A stretch of 64,000 nucleotides of DNA from Chrysomallon squamiferum (GCA_012295275.1 CM022669.1:18290001-18354000); one strand, 5' to 3'. Shown: positions 27,653 through 40,700, counted from the first letter of the stretch. Notes: generated by a model not told the origin, from the sequence alone. Made by a program: numbers and translations.

Positions 27653-27708
27653 CAATGTAAAGATAAACAGCGACAGAAACAGACAGAAAGAGAGAGAGAG
27701 AGAGAGAG
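27492..27708. repeat. (GA)n tract interrupted by a duplicated 38-bp unique segment
   Basis: GGAACAATGTAAAGATAAACAGCGACAGAAACAGACAG near 27532 and 27649. Confidence 0.9.
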
Positions 27709-27772
27709 CACTGTAGAGATAGAGGTACAGAGATAGCTAGTGAAAGGAAAGATACAAGAATTTCCTCTTTCA

Positions 27773-27803
<31 letters not shown>

Positions 27804-28534
27804 AAATTTATCATATTAAAACGTAAATAACTAATTTACAAACAACCTGTTCATCATTGGTAAGAAATTCTTCATCAGACAGAACATCTTGTCGTTTTTT
27901 TTTTTTTTTTTCTCTTCCGTTTTTTTTTTTTCTTCCTTTTATTGGCAACGCACCACCGCACGGCGCATGAGCTTACTGAAAAAGCCATCATCCGGCTCAT
28001 TTTCGCTTCCGCTGGTCTCACACCATAGTAATCTTTTACCATCACAACTCTGACGTAATTTTCCTTCGATTACTTTAGCACAACGCTATTCATTACAGCC
28101 ACAGTCTGTGACGTAATCACAAAGTTTGGATGTCTGGTAAATGCATTTTGGCAGAGAAGTTTTCTTGCAGCTGGCAAATTCGCTTAGAACAGATGGCCGC
28201 CCAATATCTCGTTTGCACTTTTTTCTTCTTCTTTTTTTTTTTTTTTTTTTTTTTTTTGGCCCCGAGAATTGCACAATCTATACTGCAATGTTTTGAGAAT
28301 GTCAGTCTGAAAAAAAAAAAAAAAAAAAAAAAAAGAGTAGAAAGGCTGCCAACTTCCGTGGGAATACATTTTTTTTAAAAACTCGTCATGCTTTTAAAAC
28401 ATGTACGTTTTTTCCATACTTTGTTGCATTTATCAATGATCCAGTGTGAGAGAACGAAACGAGAACGGGGGAGAGGACAGAAAGAAGAAGGCATAGATAT
28501 AGCGAAGACAAGGAGAGAGAGGGGGAGTGTGTGA

Positions 28535-28823
<289 letters not shown>

Positions 28824-29180
28824 TGGGAGTCAGAAACCGCCCATCTTGTCAAGCATGTTTGACAAACACTCGTACCAAAGTACAAGTAAACTTCACAAAC
28901 ACAAAAGTAAAAACTTTATCTTTAAAATACTTTATTTCTAAGGAAAAGAAAATATTTACAGCCTATAAATGAGCCTTCTCAAATCAAGCATTTTTTTCCT
29001 GTGTGATTAAAGTGCAGATGTACTCTCTTTATATTTCTATCTATCTTTCTGTCAGTCTCTTTATCTATAGGTCTGTCTGCCTATATCTTTTTTCTGTAAA
29101 TATCTATCTGTATGTGTCTCACATTCTAACATATATTTATATAGAGATACACACATATATAAACACACACATAGACATAT

Positions 29181-29392
<212 letters not shown>

Positions 29393-29621
29393 AAATACTT
29401 ACAGAGAAGCATTTCCTTTTTCTGTAAGAAAATATTAACATAAAAACTAAAGTAGAAAAGTTTACAAATAAATAAATAGACTGACAGATACACACATATA
29501 TCTACAGACATACATAGATAGGTGGGTAAGAATTATAATGATAACAGAAAGTGGAGAAACAAAATTACTCTCACAATAACGCTTACTTCGTGTGACAGAT
29601 ACAGACCGAAGTTTGTATCAG

Positions 29622-30030
29622 ACACCACGTTGAAACCTACAAAACTTAGATCTGAACCAACGATATTACGTTAAACATACAAAGTCTAGATGTAAACCAA
29701 CGACATTGCGTTAAAACTTAACATAGTCTATAACCAACGATATTACGTTAAAACAGTCAAAGTCAAAGTCTAGATCTAAACCAACGATTACGTTAAAACT
29801 TAACATAGTTAGATCTAAAACAGTTAAAACAGTCAAAGTCTAGATCTAATCCAACGACATTACGTTTTAAACATACAAAGTCTAGATCTAAACCAACGAC
29901 ATTACGTTATAAACTTACGAACTCTAGATCTAAACCAACGACATTATTTTTAGAACATACAAAGTCTAGATCTGAACCAACCACATCACGTTATAAAACT
30001 TACAAAGTCTAGATCTCAATCAACGACATT
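29622..30030. repeat. About 42-bp minisatellite, ~10 copies
   Basis: Approximate consensus AAAGTCTAGATCTAAACCAACGACATTACGTTATAAACTTAC; the CCAAC core recurs near 29657, 29697, 29734, 29781, 29851, 29893, 29935, 29977 and 30020. Confidence 0.95.
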
Positions 30031-30695
30031 AAAAAAAAAAAAAAAAAAAAAAATTATCTTAGTTTTTCGCACTTCATCACCATTGTCCCTCTCCCTTAAT
30101 ACCCACTGACGCTGAAAGGCGGGACCGCGTTAGAAATAACCACGCGAGTAACAGAAGAAATCCCTCACATTACAGGATAATGCTGCGAAATCTTAATCCG
30201 CTATTATCCTGTTCCGGCTAATTAAGAAAAAAAACTAACGTCTTAATCCTCTTGCCAGTGGCGTGGGTTGCTTGTTGCAGAAATTAAAAACTTGTAAAAG
30301 GGGACCAATCTCCCGTGTCAGAGTAAAATCAGAATCCATTAGCGGACACATTAAAGCTGAAATGTTCATCTTCGCGTCCCAGAGACGAGCGTAAGCTGTA
30401 ATTATGGCTGTACAAACAGACAGCGGAATCAAGTTATGTTTAGCCAGAGTTAGGAGACTTTTTAATTTTGTTGTAAGTAAACTGACTGATAGAAGACGCG
30501 ACAGACGCATTGTTATAAATGTGGCAGAGAAAACACGTTAACGTTTAGAAAAATGAAAAATTCACTTAGCGAGCAAGAATAGATAGTTGAGAGCAGATAC
30601 AGCCAGTCGGATGAACAAAAAAAAAAAAAAAAAAAAATGGACATAGCGAATGAGAAACTTTTTAAAAAAGACGAATGAAGATATATATATATTAT

Positions 30696-30699
<4 letters not shown>

Positions 30700-30768
<69 letters not shown>
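30700..30768. repeat. (CA)n microsatellite
   Basis: Pure run. Confidence 0.95.
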
Positions 30769-30770
<2 letters not shown>

Positions 30771-30821
30771 ACATACATGCATGCATGTTTATATCTATGA
30801 ACGTGCATTAGCACAGTTTGG

Positions 30822-30920
30822 ATTTGCCTATTGAGTCGTTGCCATTTCTAGCTGGAAGCCTGTGAATGGTTGTATGCAGTTCCATTTATGGGAAGGTGCA
30901 TTACAAGATCCATCGCCTTA
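30822..30920 (+). mobile_element. Decayed SINE fragment resembling the Meta/MESC domain
   Basis: TTTATGGGAAGGTGCATTACAAGATCC; shares ATGGGAAGGTG with 15107-15117 (seen); family assignment is from memory only. Confidence 0.45.
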
Positions 30921-32652
30921 CAACAAACACCCATACTGTCACAGCTGCTTCCTTTCACAAGTGTAGCTGTATAAAAACCTAATAATCATTAATATTAAAA
31001 TATTGAAATCGTATTCAAATAAACATTAATTTCTTAATTCGTTCGTTTGTTCGTTCAATCTGATAATTACGAAAAACACGAGTCCTGGAAATAGAGAATT
31101 ATGTATTTGATGAACCTGTCAGTCACACAGACAGACAGACAGTCAGACAGACAGATAGACAGACAGAGTGACAAAGAGACAGAAAGGCTGACAGTATGAT
31201 GAAGATACAGATTAACAACAAAACATACCGCTCAGTTATAAATAGGTATCCACACACACACAGTGTAAATTTATGTAGGGTTTAAAATTCAAATCTACGT
31301 AGTCTGGAAACTTAAATTCAGTCATTTTGATTCTCCAGAGGAAAAGATCAGTTTTCAGTCCAGTGAACTGAAAACATTTAATTGATAATCTGTGTTTACT
31401 GATCAATGACAGACGGTTATTTTATTTTATTTTTTTATATTTTTATATTTTTTTTTTTACTTTTTTTTAGTCCTGTTTGACCTCCTATGGACTTATGCTC
31501 TAATATTGCACTGGAAAAAGTATGTGACTTATAATCAATGAATGGAATTACACCTTATAAAGAATTATAATTGGACTTCACAAGGAAGCACAGAAGAATT
31601 GTGTTAACTATGATTATTTTTAAATTATATTATATTTTATTTTATTAATTATTTTTATTTGTTCTTGCGGCTATTTATTTTATTTTTATATTTTCTAATA
31701 TTTTATTCTCTTTATCATTTTTATTTGTTGCTTCTATTTTTGTTTATTTTGTTGTTGTTTTTTGTTTTTTGTTGGTTAATCTATTGTGTCTAGAGAAAAG
31801 GATGTCTGCAAAAGTAACTACACATTTGTCATCATCATCATTATTTTTTTTAACAATGCTATTATTATTGTTGTTGTTGTTGTTATCGTTGATATTATTG
31901 TTACTGTGACTGCTGCTATTTCTCTTAATATTTTTTTCCATTTTCTTTTCTTCTTCTTCTTCTTCTTTTTTTTTCGCGGCATAAATTATCTCTTTCTTTC
32001 ATCCATCCATCCACTCATTCATTATTTATCTCCATCCTCCTTTCATTCATTATTTATTTATTTCATCAACTTCTGCTTCATTCATCCGTTCATTCATTCA
32101 GTCAAACATTCATTCAATCATTCGTTATTCTCTCACTCGCCGGTTTCGTTAACTTTTATTTATTTGAAATTTTTTTTTTTTTTTAAATAAAAAAAAAAAA
32201 AAAAAAAAAAAAAAATAATAATAATAATATAAAAAAAAAATATATATAAGAAAACGAAAAAAAAAATAAATAAATTCAAGAATGATTCTTCTAGCTGAAA
32301 GCTTGGTATCATGGAAATCTTTTATCATGTGCAATGCACACATCTAATCGTGAGCTAATCGTTTTCTCAAGTCTCAGAACCGACCAATCAAATCCCAGAT
32401 GCGCTGACAAAAAAAAAAAAAAAAAAAAAAAAGTGCGCCAAGGGTTGCCGGAAACGAAACCAAATGGCGTGAAATTCTTTTACGACATTCGATATTCGTA
32501 AGTGGAAAATGCTGAAGTGTATTGCCGAACATCCGACTGCATCATTTCGAACTGGAGAAATATTTTGCTGAAACCCGAGGATTCTGTTTGACAAAAAATA
32601 TGATTTTCCTTTGTTTGTCTTAATAATGTTATTTTCGAGAAGTAAAAATGGA

Positions 32653-32683
<31 letters not shown>

Positions 32684-33005
32684 GAAGAAGAAGTAGAAGA
32701 AACCGGAAATGATGTAATAATATATTAATATATGAATATATAATAATATCAGAGATAAATGTAATATAAAAAAAAAAAAAAAAAAAATAACATAACACAA
32801 CAAAACATAAAATTTAAATAATAAAAAAATTAAATTAAATTAAACTAAAATTAACTAAAAAATATACATTTAAAATAAATAAATAAATAAATAAATCAGT
32901 TACTTAAAAACTTAAACATTTTCAAATAAATAATTAAATAAAAATTATTTTAAAAACAACAACAAAGTAATATTAAGAATAACTAACAAATTATTATTCA
33001 AATGA

Positions 33006-33053
<48 letters not shown>

Positions 33054-33321
33054 GAGAAGTAAAATTATAAAAAAAAATAAAACATTTAAAAGAAATAAAT
33101 CTAGTCTAGCAACACATGTTTATGTGAATCACTTGCGGTTACAATGCTTATTGTGAAAAGGTGTTAGGGTTTAAATGAAGCATGCTCAGTTTGCGTGGCT
33201 CTCATGTGTAAATTACCTGCGTTTTTAAAAGAAAGAAAAGAATAGATGATTGTTGTGCAGTAATCAGGTATGCATGTGAGAAAAATTTAAACAAAAAACG
33301 TATTTGTGCGTTTTAATAAAT

Positions 33322-33383
<62 letters not shown>

Positions 33384-34711
33384 TTATTTATTATTACTGT
33401 TATTATCATATGTTTTCATGCTATCACTGTTAAAACAACTGCTCCATACACTTCAGCACTGCACCTTACAACAACAGCGATCACAACAGCCACTGCTGCT
33501 ACTACTACCATCGCCTCTATTACTGTTATTACTACTACTACTACTGCTAGTAATTCTACTGTTACTACTAATTCCACCACTACAGTTACTTATGCTAATT
33601 CTACGTCCTACAAAAACCTCAACACTAATGTACATATACAACCATCGTTACAACCTCTTCAACTAATACTATCTACCATCTCCCCTTTTAGGATAAAAGA
33701 AATTCCTGTTTCACACAAAGGTTATGACGTACAGCCAGTTACAATGAAGCTTAAAGTATTGTATTTAACTGCCCTTTTATCTTACTATCTTTATATTTAT
33801 TACAAAACGAAAATAAATAACTAAATAACAAAAAAAAATAAATAAATAAATAAATAAATAAAAAAGTAAAACAATAAAAATATATAAAATACAAACAAAA
33901 CAACAACAAGAAAAAATATAAAAAAAATAAAAAAAATAAAAAAATAAAGACATAATTTTAATACTCGTTACTTCAGGTCTACGTGCACGTCATCATGACA
34001 CGCGAAAATTCATCCCGTATCATAGCTCTTAACTGTGACAACGTCGTTCTGTCACATACGACCACGTCAGCCAGCAGATCGAAGAAGACGAAGAAGACGA
34101 AGACAGTGTTGTGAAAAGCGGGCTGTGTGTGTGTGTGTGTGTTGTGTTGTGTTTTAAAACGCACAAAAGAAGCAGGGATTACACAGTCTGGTGAGTTTGG
34201 TCTCTGGAAATCTCCTCTTTCACATACCTCGTAGCAGTCAGCTGATAAAGTATAACGCAACGCCATGAAAGTCATTGTGTAACCCCCACCGGCGAAAGAA
34301 AAGACACGTTGTATTATTACGCCATTAGAAGGGGTGGGCCACGGGTGTCGTTAGTAAATCTCTGGCTACAAGCTATTCCAGCTATTAATTCTGTCTCCAC
34401 CGTCGTTACGCATGACGGAATAATGGTTATGACGGTGACAGTGGTAGTGGTGTTAAGGAACTTAGAAGAGGTGAACAACTGAGACAACTACGTTGTGTGT
34501 CCCCCCACCCCATTCTCCTCCACCACCCATCTCCCCCTGAAATCCCCCCAGGTACTGCTGTCCACTGTTAGAACGACAAAAGCTTTTGGTTAAGGTCTCG
34601 ACTCACCCTGCACTACTATAAAGCAGAAATCGCCCGAAGGACAAAGCTCTTTCGGTTCGAGTTGAACGTCTAGAGTTACTTGCCCTTTCTTTGATCGTTA
34701 CCTCACCGGCG

Positions 34712-34724
34712 TAACCTTTGACCC
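34712..34724 (-). promoter_or_regulatory. DR1 nuclear-receptor element (HNF4/COUP-TF/RXR type)
   Basis: Minus strand reads GGGTCA-A-AGGTTA, one mismatch from GGGTCAAAGGTCA. Confidence 0.3.
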
Positions 34725-35086
34725 ACTGCAATAAATGTGGGTCTATGGTACAGCACCTGGTGGGTCCTAACCCACCATTATCATGAATAGTCCATGTCAG
34801 TACAGGCGGTAGTCAATGTAAAATAATCTTTCTCAATTTTTTTTCTTTTTTTTTTTTCTTTTTTTTTATGTTCGGGGGAAAAAGTAGAATGAAAAAAGAA
34901 ATTCATTGTTGGTGTTGATTTTTTGTTTGAACCTGGGTGGCATGGACGCGTGTGTTAAATTTCATTCAGCTTTCTCCCTGACATTAGCTGTAAAACAAAT
35001 CACACACATAACACACTCGTTTACTTTTGAACAGTATTCTTCTGACAACATAATCTTTGTACCTATCTACCTACAAACATCACACA

Positions 35087-35144
<58 letters not shown>

Positions 35145-35616
35145 GGTGTATGTACATCCGTCTGTATTTGTGTAAATGTATGTGTATGTTTGTATTTTTA
35201 GGATTTGAATATTCTCTGTCATATATACAATCTCTGATTAGACTCTGCACACAGACAATATTCGGGAACACACTGGTGCAGGAGGACAAAGTCCAATCAC
35301 GACCTCACAAATCCCGTAAGATGCCGTTGACGAGACTCGAACGTATGAGCCCCATTCGCCCGCAATCCGAAGGCGGACGATGTTGCCGTTCGCCATCGAA
35401 ACAACCTTAAAAACAGAGCTGCTCAGTAACCGGGGTAATCATCGCTTCCCACAAAGCACGCCATTATTTGTCTTTCGTCATTTTTGTTTTGTTTTTGAAT
35501 GTATGTATGTAGACTAACATACAGTTCTTACTTACTTCTTTTTTCTCTTCTTCTACTTGTAAATACATTATAATACATTTATCACTTTATTAACTCACAT
35601 AAGGATTATTATTATT

Positions 35617-35654
<38 letters not shown>

Positions 35655-36354
35655 CGTCTCGTTGTTATGATGATGGTGATCATCAGTACTGTAATTGCTA
35701 TAATTGTTATATTTTGTTATCTGTGTTATTATTACTAACACCATCATTCTTGTTGTTGTTATTGTTCTTTTATCATCATATCATCATCATCTTTATCATC
35801 ATCATCATCATCAAATAACACAGACAGAGACTGGTAACACGGAAGTCTGACACGTACACTGAGTGACACTCAGTCAGGTCTGGACTAACTCTTCAAGCTT
35901 AACTTTCTTGTTGAGATGATAGCCGCTACTCTGTTACAATCTACCCCGGGTGTTTGGGTCGTTAAACCCTTCTGATGGCCATTTGACAGCCCTCGTATCA
36001 CCCTCATAGCCTCGTTACTCAGCAGCGAAAATATGTACAGTCATACAGTACAGTTCAGGGTGTCTAAACACTGAGATTTGCTGGTCTATAATTCACCCAC
36101 GTGTACAAGCACTGTTGAAAATCAGACAGACAGACAGACAGACAGACATTTTACGACATAATTTTGTACAAGTCCTGTTATGTTGTATTTGACTAGTGTT
36201 AGTATTTATAACCATAAATATATTTAATTACACCATTGTCTAGACAGAGGGAAAAATAGCTAGCTTGACGAGTAGATATTTTACTGTATGTATATGTTGG
36301 AAGTGGGTACAGTAGGTTTACTAATGTCTGTTGTTATTTAAGAATATAAGAAGT

Positions 36355-36501
36355 GGTAATAACATTGATAATGATGGTGTTGGTGATGATAATAATAATG
36401 ATGATGTTGATGATGATGATGATGATGATAATAATAATAGTAGTACTAGTAGTAATGGTAGTCGTAGTCGTAGTAATAGTAGTAGTAGTAGCAGCAACAG
36501 C

Positions 36502-36593
<92 letters not shown>
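36355..36593. repeat. (GAT)n-(AGT)n-(AAT)n compound microsatellite
   Basis: Direct inspection. Confidence 0.95.
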
Positions 36594-36595
<2 letters not shown>

Positions 36596-37296
36596 GAAGC
36601 CAGTAAAACTGATATAAGTATTTGCTTATGTTGGTAAGAATTTGATAAGCAGGTAATTAAGTAAAAATTTCCAGACAGGTAAGGTACTTGTAACAAGAAT
36701 ATCCTTGTAGATTTCTCTATAATGTTACGCTTGTATCTGAAACAAGAACGCTATGAATATATTTCAGACATACATATTCTTCTTCTTCTTCGCAGACAAG
36801 GTTACCATTTTTCTCACTTATCTGAAAATTCTCCCTAATTTCCTGAGTAAACAAATCTTCTGGTTTGTTTATGAAATTTCAACAGCGTGTCGTAATTTTC
36901 ACGATTTATTGAAATTTACATAACAGCAATACAGAGATCTGACGTAAACGGAATTACAGCGCCATCTTGTTATCAGAGTAACTCCCCTTGATGCCGCTCT
37001 TGGCGATGACAGATCTTTCTGGACGGTTCGGGAGATGGCGCCACTTAACATAAACATTCTCCTTCCATATTTAATTAATGCGGGTTTCTCTCTTCTCCTT
37101 CTTTCTTCTTTTTTTTTTTTCCTTTCTTTTTAATACATCGCTTTAAAACACGTTTTCATATCTGAATACGTTTAAAAAAAACGCCAGCGCTGATTTTAGA
37201 TTTTACTGTTGAATTTTAATCGTTATAATGTCCGTCATCAGATGAGAAATAAAGACAGAAATAATATTATGATAATTAATTTTATATGTAAAAATC

Positions 37297-37367
<71 letters not shown>

Positions 37368-38215
37368 TGAACTAATAATTGGAAATGTTTAAAGATGTGG
37401 AGCTCAAATGGAATAGTTTATTAACATCATCGGCATCACCATCATTGTCAGCTCCGCCGTCGTCTTAATTTTCTCAACGTTCAGAGGACCGAATGTATCA
37501 TGAATCCAAAAATGGCGCTCCTAATTTATTTTTTATGACTACAGTTATGTCATACATTAAATATAGAAGCTGCAAGAACAGTAACAGATAACTTCCTACA
37601 ACATAAATAGTTATAAAAAAAACACCATCGATAACAATTCCAACAGAATCAGCGACTACAACCTCCATAAAACTGGCCAATCACGAGTCATTTCCATTTA
37701 CCAAAATGAACTAAAGAAAAAATCGTCACTTCCGTATACCGTATCAAGGCAAATCTTTGATTTCGGTATTGCGTAATAATTTCGGGCATTAGTAGTTAAT
37801 AATATCCCGTAATAGTCAATACTGAGTAATAAAGGAAAAACAATGCAGCGTAAATACAATAAAAATATTTATTTTCATATATCTAAATACAAATTCAGAT
37901 ATTATCACTTTTTATACATACAGTAAAAAACCAAAATCATTTACCATTTCCATGGACAATAATAATAAAATAAAAAAAAATTGTCTGCATTCTTGTTAAT
38001 CGACTTCGAATGCTTTTCGTGTCGTTCAGGTCACGAGCCGCATTTGAGCTCTTCTCTCGATGTTTGTGGGACATTTACAATTTTAGGCTCTGCCACTGCT
38101 GATAAGCAAGTCCGTCTGTATCAGTGTTTGTCTGTGTACATTGCGTAATACGCCACACGTGGACAAACACTTTATGTTGCTTTTAAACAAAAGGTCACTG
38201 ACAGAAAGGGAAGTA

Positions 38216-38255
<40 letters not shown>

Positions 38256-38638
38256 TCCTGGTTCTTAACATACGCTAAATAACAATAGAATTGTCAGGCT
38301 GCGGCGTAATCGGATATGTGTTTAGTTTATTTTTTTTTTTTTTTTTTTTTGACTTCGGTGCGTCGCCATGTTGTTTTTAATTTTGGCGCTGTTTCGTCTA
38401 TCTTCACTTATCTCCTCCTGAGTTCAGCGTCGTCCATGACCGACTGTCAGTCAAAGCTAAGTCGTAGGAATTCGGATGTTTTGTATTGGCTACGTCATTA
38501 CGTCATCACTTCGCGTTTTGAAAACATTATCTACAAAATGATGACGAATGATATACATACATAAATAATAAGAAGAAGAAGAAGAAGAAAGAAAGGAAGA
38601 AGAAGAAGACGAAGAAAGGGAAAAAGAAAAAGAGAAGA

Positions 38639-38685
<47 letters not shown>

Positions 38686-38914
38686 GACGATGATAATGAT
38701 GATCTGTAATTCTTCGTTGATTTCTTTTAAGTCCGCCTGAAATAAACAAGCTATATTATAATTCACTTTTGTTGTATCTAACTAAATACTAGTAATTATG
38801 ATTATAGGAATAGTGCTACTACTAGGAGGCCTACTAGCTCTAGTAGAAGTAGTAATAATAAAAAAGGAAGAAGAAAAAAAAACGATCGATAACGAAGGAA
38901 TAAATGAATGAACA

Positions 38915-39052
38915 ACAAAAACAACAACAACAATAATAAAATAACAACAGCAGCAGCAACAACAACCAAAATAATAACAACAACAGTAATAATGATAATA
39001 AAATAACAACAGCAGCAACAACCACAATAACAACAACACCACCATAACTATC

Positions 39053-39084
<32 letters not shown>

Positions 39085-39145
39085 CAATAATAATAATAAC
39101 AACAACAACAACAACATCAACAACAAGAGAAACAACAGCAAAGAA
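38915..39145. repeat. (AAC/CAG/CAC/AAT)n compound trinucleotide tract
   Basis: Direct inspection. Confidence 0.9.
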
Positions 39146-39611
39146 CAAAACGAAATAAAAAAAAAACTAAAAAAACCTAACGAAGCTGTAATTGAAACAC
39201 AAAACTAACAGGGACAGGGAAAACACGAGTTTATTATTAACGGTATCAAATAGTAACGCACGTTTTTTCCCCGTGCTGCAAATCAAGCCACTACTGACAC
39301 AACAAGAACGCTATTTTGTTAACCCCGACGACCTTCCTGCTCTACGCCATTGTGCTTGCAATGATCCGGCAACGATGAGGTATTTTTTTAAACTCTTTTT
39401 CTTAAAAGCCCTACTCCTATCTTTTCTTCATTTCCTCGTGTCATGGTTTTGTTTTCGCGATCTTTAAGAAGCTGTATCAAGTATCGTGTTTTTTTCTTTT
39501 TTTTCGGGTTCTGTTCGTTTATCCACGCTCAGAACACAACATGTAATACAAATTACTAACAGTGTTTGGACAAACGTTGTAATATTTATGGATTCATATC
39601 ATATTCTGTTC

Positions 39612-39645
<34 letters not shown>

Positions 39646-40162
39646 CGTTTCTTCATAGTGCAAGAAAAAGGGGATAATAGCTACAAAATGTGTTTGTAAC
39701 GTAGCCTGTAGCTTGGAACGAAAACGGAAGAAGAAGAAGAAGAAGAAGAAGAGGAAGAGGAAGGTGATGATGTTGATGACAAAAAACGAATGAATGAGTA
39801 AAAAGTGAAAACAAAAGAATTTTTGGTTTTTTTTTTGATAGAAGACATTTTTGGTTTATTCGTTAAACATTTTGTTAGGTTTTATTTCTAAATTAAATAT
39901 TCAATATTTTGTTTCTTTATTAAATTATAATTCATTTGTTTGTATACCATTTCAATAACTGAAGATATTATAAGTTGGATATTTTGATACTATATTTGTT
40001 TTGTTGTTTATTTTCCCTGTCTTTTTTAAAATAATGATCTTACAAATATGAATTTTCTAATAATTAATTTATGATGATGATGATGATGGTGTCAGCTGAA
40101 ACAATAATGATAGGAGTAATTATGTTGTTGACGATGATCATGATAATACAAAAAATCCACAA

Positions 40163-40206
<44 letters not shown>

Positions 40207-40342
40207 CAACGCTTCTGTGTGAAGACTGAAAAAAGTTTAAGTTTGAGGCCATTACAAATGTAAAACTTTAAATGTTACCAAACATTACCTACGATCAATG
40301 TTACCTCGAACTTAATAGAGAGAAATATAACATTATATATGC

Positions 40343-40440
40343 AGTGACGTCTATAAAATATAATACAATTATAAACTACTGAAAAAAAAAAAAATCAGTG
40401 ACATCTGGAAAATATAATACCATTATAAACTACTGAAAAT
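40343..40440. repeat. About 53-bp tandem duplication
   Basis: CAGTGACRTCTnnAAAATATAATACMATTATAAACTACTGAAAA twice, with an A-run between the copies. Confidence 0.85.
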
Positions 40441-40614
40441 AGAAATATTACATCAATAAAATAAAATAATACTGTTATAACATAATGGAAAAAGAAACGG
40501 TGACAATGACATCAGTGTAATATAATAATGTTTAAGGAAAATATAAGATGATACAAATCCAAAAACGACACTACAACACAATACAAAAATGATACTATTT
40601 GAAAAATAAAAAGA

Positions 40615-40700
40615 CACAATGCAATACAACACAACACAACACAACACAACACAACACAACACAACACAACACAACACAACACAACACAGTACAACACAAT
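40615..40700. repeat. (ACAAC)n pentanucleotide microsatellite
   Basis: Direct inspection; explains the CCVVL and HNTTQ ORFs. Confidence 0.95.

Noticed and set aside
35250-35410. Complex C-terminal half of ORF 35057..35410
   Set aside because: No recognisable homology, ORF begins in a (CA)n repeat and there is no convincing splice pair
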